A stretch of DNA of 64,000 nt, taken from contig NC_087245.1 of the NCBI RefSeq assembly GCF_037042905.1, forward strand, positions 16,742,001 through 16,806,000, read 5' to 3'. Under the pieces are notes generated by a model. The model was given only the letters and a program-made list of their open reading frames with translations. It did no database searches and had not been told where the DNA came from. Shown here piece by piece: positions 14,501 to 26,500 of this stretch. Both the position numbers and the translations under genes were made by a program. This stretch comes from Lytechinus pictus (lineage: Eukaryota). Numbering within the stretch: position 1 is the first letter of the stretch; each line of letters starts with the position of its first letter.

Positions 14501-17500
14501 TTCCAGTAAAATAAAAATGAGAATCGAGCTTAGTCTTTTCTCCAGACCCAGTTAATTAAAACTGGTGGAATTAATGTCTTTGTTGTTGTTTTAACTTATA
14601 TGAATATATACGCTAAGAGTAAATTGAGAATCAAGCATTGTCTTTTCTCCAGACCCGGTAACTAAAGTAATGCCTTCATATAGCACAAAAGTGCAGAGTC
14701 TTTTTTCCAGACCCGGTTATTTCAAAAATTATAATATAAGTCCAAACTAAGATACGATAATGATATTCCAGTGGAATAAAAATGAGAATCGAGCTTAGTC
14801 TTTTCTCCAGACCCAGTTAATTAAAACTGGTGGAATTAATGTCTTTGTTGTTGTTTTAACTTATATGAATATATGCGCTAAGAGTAAATTGAGAATCAAG
14901 CATTGTCTTTTCTCCAGACCCGGTAACTAAAGTAATGCCTTCATATAGCACAAAAGTGCAGAGTCTTTTTTCCAGACCTGGTTAATTCAAAATTCATAAT
15001 ATAAGTCCAAAGTCTTTTTTCCAGACCCGGTTGTTAAAAAAATGATAGTATAAGTCCAAAGTCTTTTTTCAGACCCGGTTATTTAAAAAATAATATTATG
15101 CGCTAAGAGTAAATTGAGAATCAAGCGTAGTCTTTTCTCCAGACCTGGTTGCCTAAAACTAAAACCCTTTACCCACAAATGTAATGATTTTTGATCGCCA
15201 ACAAATGTAAAATGACTTTACCCATAAATGTTATAAATTTGAAGGGATTTTTGGCGAATCTGTTCTAAACTAAAACCCTATAGTAATGCGTTCATATAGC
15301 GCAAAGTCACAGTCTTTTTTCTCCAGACCCGGTTTTATAAAACATTTAAACAATCTTCCAAATAAAGATCCCAAAATTAATTCTTCTTATTGTTGAATAA
15401 CATAGAAGTTTAGCGTAGTCTTTCCTCCAGACCAAAATATTTCAAAGAGCAAATAAAAAATAAAAAATAATAATATAATAAAAAAACAAAGACCCCACGA
15501 TCGTATTAATGTTGAACAAAATATAAAAGCATAGTCTTTCCTCCAGACCCAGTTATAAAATAATAATTCAAAACAAAACAACAACAACGACCAAAAACAG
15601 ACCCTGCAATCTTTTCAACATTGAATAGCTTCTTCTTCTTTCCTTGGTTGGCAACCAGTCATTTTATTTTCTTCTGTTTTCTTTTCTTATTTTTTTTTTC
15701 TTTTTTCTTCATATTTTTTCTTTTTTTCTTTTTTCTCTTTTTTTTATTCTTTTTTTTTTCTTTTCTCTTTTTTCTTTTTATTTATTTTTGTTTCGTTTCT
15801 TTTATTTTGTTCTCCTTTTCTTTTCTTGTTTAATTTTTTTTCCTGCATATTTTTTCTTTTCTTTTCTTCTTATATAGACATATTGGCCCGTATTCTGAAG
15901 TCGGGTTTAACTTAAACTCGGGTTTAAAGTTGTGGTTTAAGTATGGACAGCCAATTGTTACATAAATCACTAACAGTAGATATATCATTTTTCAGCTTAT
16001 TTCGATCTCAAATCATTCATAATTGTCTAGGAAGTATAAATAGATGATTGTCTTCACCATCGATGAATCAGAAAAGAGCACAGTAAACATACAACTTAAT
16101 ACAAATTTTGAAACTTTTGGCTTCCCATAATTTTAGCACAGAGTTAGACCATGGTCTAAGTTAAACCTGACTTCAGAATACGGACCATTGTATTTTTTTT
16201 TCCATTTAAAATGAAAATAGCACCAAAATATGGTGTAGTCTTTGTTCCAGCCCCGGTTATTTCAAAATAGCAAATAATAAAGAACAATATTAACAAAGAG
16301 CGCACAATCTCATTGTTGAATAACTTGAAAATATAGCGTAGTTTTTCTTCAAGACCCAGTTATTCTAAAATAACAAATCATAAAAAAGATATATAATAAT
16401 AATAAAACAAAGGCCCCACAATCTTATTGATGTTAAATAACATGGAAATATAGCGTAGTCTTCCCTCCAGACCCACTTTTTTCACAATTATAAATAAATT
16501 TTTTTAAAGAGTCAACAAGTAACAAAGACCCCGACTATCTTATTAATGTTGAATAACATGGAAATATAGCGTAGTCTTTCTTCCAGACCCAGATCTTTCA
16601 AATAACAAATGAATAATAATAATAATAAATTAATAATAATAAAAAGAACAAACAAAGACCCAAAATCCTATTTATGTTGAATAACGTTGTTGTGTTGTTG
16701 TTAACTTAGGTTTTAAGGCGCGTGTCATTAAGATATGAATATTTACGCTTATGATTATTTTGTCGTTTTTGTGGAAATATAGCGTAGTCTTTCCCCCAGA
16801 TCCAGTTATAAAAATCATTAAAAACACAACAACAACAACAACAAAACAAAGACCCTGCAATCTTATCAACATTGAATAGCGTGAAAATGTGGTGTAGTCT
16901 TTGCTCCAGAACCAGTTATTTCAAAATAGGAAATTATAAGAAACAATAGAAACAAACAAACAATATTAGCAAAGTCCCACAATATCATTGATGTAGAATA
17001 ACGTTGTTGTTGTTATCTTGGGTTTTAAGGCGCGTATCATTCAGATATGAATATTTACGCCTATGATTAATTTGTCGTTTTTGTGGTATGCGTTATCACA
17101 GGGTTTTAATAGTTTGGAAGATGCTGGGGTCTAAGTTTTAAGATAAATGATTCGCTTAATTTGTAGTTTAAGAGAACTGGGTGTGGGGTAAAGACAACAC
17201 TCTAAACCCAAGCATTTTAACTGGGTTTAATTTTGAAGATTGGTCTTAGCTTTGATTTTTTTTCAATATTTGTTTATCTTTCAAATAACCGGGTCTAGAC
17301 GAAAGACTAAGCATAATACTCGTGTTATTCCACAGGAATTGTTTAAATTTCTTTTAAATGACTGGGTCTGGAATAAAGAAAACGCTCTAAACATGTGCTT
17401 TTCTACATGGTCTTAATTTGGAGGATTGTTGGTTCTTAGATTCGTTGTTGGGGGTTGGGTTTTATTGCTTTTTTATTATTGAAGTAACTGTGTCTGGAGG

Positions 17501-20500
17501 AAAGTCTACAATCGATCTTCATGTTATTCCAGTAATTAGATTATTGGGTATTCGTTTTAGAATATTTGTCAAAACTATTTTATTTTTTTCAAATAACAAC
17601 CAAGTCTGGAGAAAGGATGTTTGCTTTACCAATGCATTATTACAATGTTTTGTAGGGGTCTCAGTATTATTAAAATAAAAAAACTGGGTGTGGGGTAAAG
17701 ACATATTTTTTGAAGATTGGTCTTGGATTTGAAGTTTTTTTAAATTCATTTTTTAAATAACCGGGTCTGGAGGAAAGAGTACGTTTCGTGTTATTCCACA
17801 AGAATAAGAATATGATAGGGTCTTACGTTAGAATTTTTTTTTTCTTAATTTTTTTATGATTAGGTCAGGAATAAAGACAACGCTCTAAACCTCTTTATAA
17901 AACAGGTTCTTAGGTTGAAGGATTGTTTGGTCTTAGATTTTGAGTTTTTTTTAATTATTACTATTAGCGTTATTTTGGAAAAAATAACTGGGTCTGGCTG
18001 AAATACTACACTATATGTCAATGTTATCCAGCATTAATAAGATTATGGGGTCTTTATAATGTTTTTGTTGCTGTTGTATTGTTATAATTTTGGAATAACA
18101 GGGTTTGGAGAAAAGACTAAGCTCGATTTTCATTTTCATTATGGTATCTTAGTTTGGACTTATATTATGATTTTGGAAACAACCGGGTCTGGAAAAAAGA
18201 CTCTGCACTTTTGTGCTATATGAACGCATTACCATAGGGTTTTAGTTTTTAGTCACCGGGTCTGGAAAAAAGACTACGCTTGATTCTCAATTTACTCTTA
18301 GCGCATATATTCACAATACGCGCCGTATAAGTTAAAACAACAACAAAGACATTAATTCCACCAGTTTTAATTAACTGGGTCTGGAGTAAAGACTAAGCTC
18401 GATTCTCATTCTTATTCCACTGGAATATCATTATCGTATCTTAGTTTGGACTTATATTATAATTTTTGAAATAACCGGGTCTGGAAAAAAGACTTTGGAC
18501 TTATATATTTTAATTTTTGAAACAACCGGGTCTGGAAAAAAGACTTTGGACTTATATTATAATCTTTGAAACAATCGGGTATGGAAAAAAGACTTTGGAC
18601 TTATATTATAATTTTTAAATTAACCGGGTCTGGAAAAAAGACTTTGCACTTTTGTGCTATATGAACGCATTACTATAGGATTTTAGTTTAGAAAAGATTC
18701 GCCAAAAAACCCTTCAAATTTACTACATTTGTGGGTAAAGTCATTATTACATTTGTGGGCGATCAAAAATTATTACATTTGTGGGTAAAGTGCATTATTA
18801 CATTTGTGGGTGAAATTATAACATTTGTGGGTAAAGTGTTATTACATTTGTGGGCGTTGTTACATTTGTGGGTAAAGTGTTATTACATTTGTGGGCGTTG
18901 TTACATTTGTGGGTGCAACAGGGGTCGAACATAATTTCCATCATATATATTGTTCTTCATTTTATCCGTTTTCATTAACTTATTTTGTGTCACATTTATT
19001 ATGAGTTTATTTTGTGAACATCAATTTCCTGTTTTCATGTCATACCTTATACATAATTAATTTGAACTCAGATGAATTGCGAAACGTAATTATACATTCT
19101 CATGTTGATTTTTTGTATGTTTAAATCTTCTAGAGCTGTCTGGTATTAACATTCAGTTTCCACAAGGTAACTGTCAGCGACGTCTCGTGCCCGATGGCGT
19201 CCTGTATAGTCCTAAACAGAATTCTTATCAACCCGGAATGTCTGTGATCTTTACCTGCGTCAGCCCAAACTACTCTCTGATTGGTCAACCAATTTCAACT
19301 TGCAGAGCACGAGGTTGGGATTCTCAGACACCAAAATGTGTCTGTAAGTATCATTGTATTCTCGTTTGAATTTAAAATTTATAGACCTTTAGTAGAGGCT
19401 TTTAGATTCGCACGTCGTCATATACGACTGCTACGAGATGACCTCATAGTTTGGCCTGCTATAGGCCTATGCATGATATGCGTCACATCCTCACCCTCGG
19501 CGACTAGCAGAATCGAGAACCTCGCCACCTCTATTCTGCCGTTCTCCTAAATCATAGTCGAAGTGCACGAGAGTGACGTCCTTTCAACCGCTCAACCTCC
19601 GTATAAAGATCAACCTTTCCCTTATAAAACACATTGGCAAGCTAACGTGGTTATACATGTATACTCCCTGATTTAATATAACGACACGTTATACTATAAC
19701 CGAAATTTCGTTGTATACACCTTACTGAAATCGGATTGGTATAATCATAAAAAAAAATTATATCTCCGTCATCGTTGTACCATCTTTTCAGAATTTGTTC
19801 CAAGTTTCCAACTGTATGTCTAATGTTGATTTCAGGGACGACAGTTTATAATTATTCTAATAGCGTATGTCTGAATAAAATGTATGGTCATACAAAAGCC
19901 AAAAGTAAATTGTTCCTCTTCTGATTAACAAGAAACACTATGCACCCTCCTATAGGCCTATCAAAGTGGTAACAAGGGATTAAATTCACCCCTTCCCCTC
20001 CCGAAATCATAATAAAGGCCAATTGCATGTAAATGTTGTAAAATTTACATTTTACTTTTTTTAGAACTGCGTACAAAATTGTATTTTTCACATTAGTGAG
20101 ATGTCCTCAACCCACTCCAAGAAGTTACACAACACTTCACCCGAGTGGGCAGGTGGAGTTCCGGCACGAAGATATCATCGTTCTGGAGTGTAATGGTGGA
20201 GCCAAGATTTCAAAATGTGTCAACGGTATATGGACACCTGAACTTGGTTTCTGCTCTCGTAAGCTCACTGTTTGTATAATAATATTCTAATAGCCATGTA
20301 GGGGTGACGCTATAGGGTTTTTAGTTAGGGAGGGATGGGGGTGCAAGATGAGATAGTAGGAGTGGAGTATTAAATAAAAGCCTACACAACCAAGTCCATG
20401 ATTTTCACGCTACAGTTCTTATGTCGTGTGCTTCGTTTTCGCTTTCCCTTCACATGTTTATTTTCCATGATTTAAAATATTATAATTCAAAATAACTTCA

Positions 20501-23500
20501 TGATCACGTGTCCAGGGCCATGTGCATGAACTTAGAGGGAAAATAGATAATTTGTTTTTAAACTATAGTGCAAATAATGAAGCGAAATGGGAGCCTAATT
20601 TTCTACAAGCTCTGCTTTTTATTTAGGCTCCTCACTTTTTTTACATTTAGTAGTGTACCTTATGTTTAAATACTTATGTTACATATTTAATTTGACCATT
20701 GATACACTATGTTTACGAATACACTTGTTATGTATATTATGTTATTTGTTTTAAAAATGGAATCAATAAATGAAATGGAAAAAAGGGGGCGGAGCTGATT
20801 AAGAGGTTTCCCCTTTCGACTTTCGACTTATAGCGATCCGGTGCTAATGCTTGATTAGTGTAACGAAAAATGCAATGAATAGTAGGTTTATGTCAATGAT
20901 TCTCTTTAGTTATTTTTTTAAAGATTTCACCGTGGTTAAGGGACCGGTCAACTCCATCAACTAAGAATCAGCGTGACTGTGTTTGATTTTGTTTGTTTTC
21001 GGTCATTAGAATTCTAACTAAGGTTCTGGCCTACCACACGTAATGATATGAATTTACAGAATATCGATGGTTTAAATATAATTAAATCATTGTCTTAAAA
21101 CAGAGACTGATGTTGATGACTTTACGATGATACCAGCAACCCGGGCAATTAATCGACGAATCGCTATTCTTTTACAGGTTCGTATTTTAAGATCAGAAAT
21201 TCTGTTAAAATTTCATATCAAAGGTAGTGCCAGTGTACCACTGACATATACCATCAGAAGCAACAGTAGGGGCATACTATCGAAGGGGACGGGGCCACGG
21301 GGGGGGGGGGGGGATAATGTCACTTTTGTGAGTGCTTTAAGGAAAGTAGCTCTAACAGTCTAAAGCGAATAGAGACGTGATGATCATCCTTATGTACGTT
21401 GTATAAGTAATTTTCTTCTCCTTTTTTTCTTCTTCTCCATCTTCTTCATCTTCTGTTTCTTCTGCTTCTTCTTCTTCTGTTTCTTCATCATCATCATCTT
21501 CTTTCTTCTTCTTCTTCTGTTTCTTGTTCTTTATCTGCTTCTTCTTCTTCTTCTGATGATGATGATGATTATCATCATCATCATTGACGTAAATCCATGA
21601 CGTCATACTATTCAAGTTGGGGGGTGAAACAATAGATCATCCCCCTGAACATTAGTTTCACCCCTGGGATTTACACATATTTTTCAACATAAATTACCGC
21701 AGCTTCTCCCTGATTATTCACTTTGTTGTGAAGTAACAATTTGTAATCAAATGATAATTTCATCCTTATATGCGCTGCATAAACAATATTTCTTCTTCCT
21801 CTTCTTCTTCTTCTGTTTCTTTTTCTTCTGTTTCTTCTGCTTCTTCTTCTTCTGTTTCTTCATCATCATCATCTTCTTTCTTCTTCTTCTTCTACTGTTT
21901 TTTCTTCTTTATCTGCTTCTTCTTCTTCTGATGATGATGATGATTATCATCATCATCATTGACGTAAATCCATGACGTCATACTATTCAAGTTGGGGGTG
22001 AAACAATAAATCATCCCCCTGAACATTAGTTTCACCCCTGGGATTTACGCTATAGTGATTATCACATATTTTTCAACATAAATTACCGCAGCTTCTCCCT
22101 GATTATTTACTTTGTTGTGAAGTAACATTTTATAATCAAATACTTTCACATTATTTATATCAACTTTGTTATTCCGTTATGCTTAAAAGGTGCATTCAAA
22201 TTTAATAAAAGTGATGGAAATGTTTGATGTATCTCTTTTCAAGGAACCTGTAACGTCTACTTCTATCGATCGTCAGCTTCCATTCCTGATCTCAATCACA
22301 AATTCACCCGATGAAAACATTCTATCAGAAGATGTCAATAATGTGGTCTCATTCCTCGAGAAAATTACAAATCTGAATTCAACTTCTCCAAAGGTAGTCA
22401 TTTATTTGATTTATTTGTCTTTTTTTTTTAATGCATTTATTTTTTATTAATATTTTATTAATATTATTTATTTGGATTTATCAAAATCATTATTTTATTC
22501 AAATTATATTCATCACTATCTCATGATTTTTTATTTTCACCGTTTTGTTAAAAACATTTGAAAACAAATCTTTGAGGTCTTAATATCGTGATTATTTGAA
22601 ATAAAGATTTGGTAAATTTAGGTAGGCACATTTATTGATAGTACGTGTTCTGATATAAAAAAAAATTGGAACAAAAAAAGGTCTTCTACAATATCCAAGA
22701 AAATCCAACACGATTAGTTGGGCGTCCACAGGGGATGTGGGGCCAAAACTTTCAAATTGATATAGCATTACAGAGTTAAGGAAATAAGTCTGATTTTTTT
22801 GTATTAGTTCATAATAACATATTAAATTTCTATACAGGTAACAAACTCGGTTCTGGAAGTTGTCAGTAATCTAATGAATGTCGAAGAAATTGAGTTACAG
22901 ACTGCTCAAGAAGACGACAATGCCACAAATCGAGCTTTAGATATTATAACTCAACAATTGAACATCGTTGATTTATCATCTGAAAATGGAAGTTTCGTCG
23001 TTTCCCATCAAAACCTTGCCGTGCGGGTATGACATTTCATTTTCATTTAGTGCTGTTGATGTGTAATGTTTAAAATGTCATTTGTAATCATTTGTTATGT
23101 CTACATCACATTCTTTATAATATTATTTCATGTCAATCATTTTCACCTTATAATTGCTTCTCAAATTCCATGTAATTTATGCTTAATGTACACTCGCCTT
23201 CCCCTATTCTTTCTTGATGATGTAATATCCAACTTTGTTGTTTAATCCCCGTCCCATAATAAATTTCGTATAATATTTTTGGTCCTCTCACTTGAAGTCC
23301 ATTGATTAAACAATGATTACGCGTAGCATACATATAAATGTACTTTATAAAAAATCACATTTTGGTAATATTCAAGGTTAGTACGACTACAATATCTGAA
23401 AGCGTCGAGGGGTCATCATTTGCCATCTTTAGCCTCGGCGATCAAGGTGAAGATGGTCTCTACAACCGCATTACCTATGGCTCCATCGATGAGGACTTTA

Positions 23501-26500
23501 TAGAGAACGGAATGTTTCAGGCTTCAGTCATTCTTCCAAGTCTCGTCCACTTTGACTCTAAAGTAAGGTAAGAAAGAGCTTCATTGTCATGATTGTGGAG
23601 AGTCATCATATCGAACAACGCTGTACAGTGCCGAAACGAGGACAACCTGTTGAGGACGTGATTTTTTATTAGTACGGTGTATCACTTTTAAAATTTGCGA
23701 ACGAATGAAGCAAACCGGTCCCCCCCCCCGAAAAAAACACTATAACTTGAGTGTTTATACGTTAATTAATGCCTTAATTTGAAAGAGGTCGCGTTTATGG
23801 ACCTGATTTGGTAATAATAGCTTAAGTTTACGCAACTTTACATTACGATTTTTTATCACGAGTTTTGAACACAATACTATGGGTTTTGTTTAACTTTATT
23901 TTGTATAATATAGTTCTTCCGGCAAGGACAGTTTCAGGGTAACATTTGTAGCTTACCAGAAAACATCTCTCTTCGTATCACTCACACTCAAGACCCTGAA
24001 TTCAAGAGAGACATCGTTTCGTCGGAGGCCTCTTACACCGATCATTGCCGCCACCGTTCACGGCATGGATGACGAAATCGATGATAACGACAAATATGTT
24101 ACTTCAACGTTTGATGTCGGCATGGTATGATTAATTTTCCCCACATTTCGCTCCCTTTATATAACTTTGGACTTTATTCCACGCACAGGATCTCTAAATT
24201 TAAAATGAATGCCCCCAACGTACTTTAACGATTCACGCCTTATGAAATTGAAACTTTGGGCAACTCGATTTCCATTTATATGGGGGAAAATAATTCTCTT
24301 TTTTTCTTAAATGTATACAAATATACATTGGTGAAATTTGAACCATTAACGTAGCAATCCAACTTCAAATTTTGTAACGATGGATTACCATAGGGGAGAT
24401 GGTGCGCATATCTCGAGATCAAATGAGGGGCCCTATAAGAAATATCTAAGACAAAAATACATTTATGAAAACTTGATTTACCGATTTATTATTATTTTTT
24501 TTTCCTTCTTGGTATCAGCACGGGAAGAGGTGTTCCGTACGTGTTGGTCTATCACAAACCTCCATGTTTTAGCGTCTGTAGACAACATCAGTCTTTACTT
24601 ATAACTGTCTCTTACACTACCTCTCCCTCAACAGGAGCCTAATATGATAAAGAATGTAGAATGCGTGTATTGGGACGTTAATGGTAACCAGAGGCGAGGT
24701 GACTGGTCTTCAAGGGGGTGCAGACGAGTGCCCGGTTCCTCCAAGACAAGACCGGTCTGCAGGTGTCGAAGATTGGCAAACTTCGCCGTTCTCTTGGTAG
24801 GATCATTAATATTAATATATCAAATCATGAAAAGCATTGGCAATGGAACCTATATCGAAATGGGGTTGGTGGTGACAATGGGCCAGGGTGATGGGCTGGG
24901 GCAAGAATAAAGTGGCATACTAGAAGAAGGCTAACTTCGTATAGATGATATTGACAAACCATGGTTCGAGTCTACGTCGCACCTTTCAAATATTTTTTTT
25001 TAACTTTTAAATACATTTTGTATTCCACATGTTTTAGATTAGAATGACCTTTGTGACATTTGACATAGAAACTGCGACGGAAAACAACAAAAGGACAAAT
25101 GTATATCTATACAATACACACCATTGCCGGAAACCCACACACGCACACACCCATACACACATGCATAAGAAAGCTCGATATCAGAGTGGTAAGGAAACAG
25201 CGAATATATAATTTTTTTCTATCTATAATTTTTCACATTTATATCTTTACCAGGACATATACGATAAAGACTTTCTACCATTAGAGTTTCAATATTTCGC
25301 TCAGGTATTGACCTATGTTGGTTGTGGACTATCAACATGCGGTCTCATTCTCACCATCATCGCTTATTCTTCCTCGTAAGTAATTAATTTGTAATCCATA
25401 CCTTTTCATTCTATTTTTCTATATCCTTTAATTTCCTTGTTTTCTCCTTCTCCTCTCCTTATCCCCTCAATTCATTTTCCGCTAAATCCGCCATGTCTTG
25501 TTCTTATTATCCCTTTTTCTTGTTCTTGTTCTTCTTGTTCCATCCCCCTTTTTATTCCTCCCTCTCTCCTCCTCCTTCCCTGCTTTCTACACCTCTTCCC
25601 CTCGAATAAATTTCATAATGATTAATTCATTCTTCACTCTTTCATCTCCAATTCCTAGCTACCTCCTCATTTTTTTCCTTCTTCATTTTCCAACCCTGCT
25701 CTCACAATAAAGCGATCTACTAGAGGCCAGTGCGGCATAAAATCTTCATAATGTGTTTTATCTCGTTATACATAACATTCGTAACACGAAAATCAAATTC
25801 CTAAATTTCAAAGTAGTCATACAATCTGTTGTCATGGTTGTTGTATTCACATAATGGGCATGTTATTTATCCATCTTTTTCTTCATCCCCCTACACCCCT
25901 ATCCCCTCACCCTTGTAGAAAACTTCGCAACAAGCAACCCAATCAGATTCTCCTCTGTCTCAGCCTATCTCTCCTCGGTCTCTACATCACCTTCATGTTG
26001 GTGATTGGTCTCGGTCCTGTGATGTCCCCCATCCCATGCGGTATCCTAGCAGCTGTTCTTCACTTCTTCGCTTTATCATCCCTTGCATGGATGGGCATCG
26101 AAGGGGTTAATGTCTACCTCCTCTTCGTTCGCATAATCAATTCTTATATTCCAAGGTTTATCCGGAAGGCATCTTTCTTTGGATGGGGTAAGTAGAGTCT
26201 CCTAGTCACACCAGTGAAACCGACTCCAAACCGATTGATGGCATTATTGGCATGTCATTGAAAAAAGTGTAATATTTTGATCGGTCTAGAGTTGTTGGTG
26301 TGACTGAAATATTAGATCCTTACCACAAACCAATATCAATTCCTCTCATTAATTATGAAAATCGTACTATGATCTCCATTTACCCACTGTGTGCCCAATA
26401 ATACCAAGGACCGTAAATAAAAAAAGATGCATTTTTTTCTTCTCTTTTTAAAAAGGTTCTATTTGGCAATCAATCAGAAATAGTTATGATTGATGAAAGG

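Noticed and set aside
14380..18650. Conserved ~20-nt motif with variable spacers (CRISPR-like)
   Set aside because: Spacers are related to each other, irregular in length and mirrored in the opposite arm. This is the internal structure of a foldback element.
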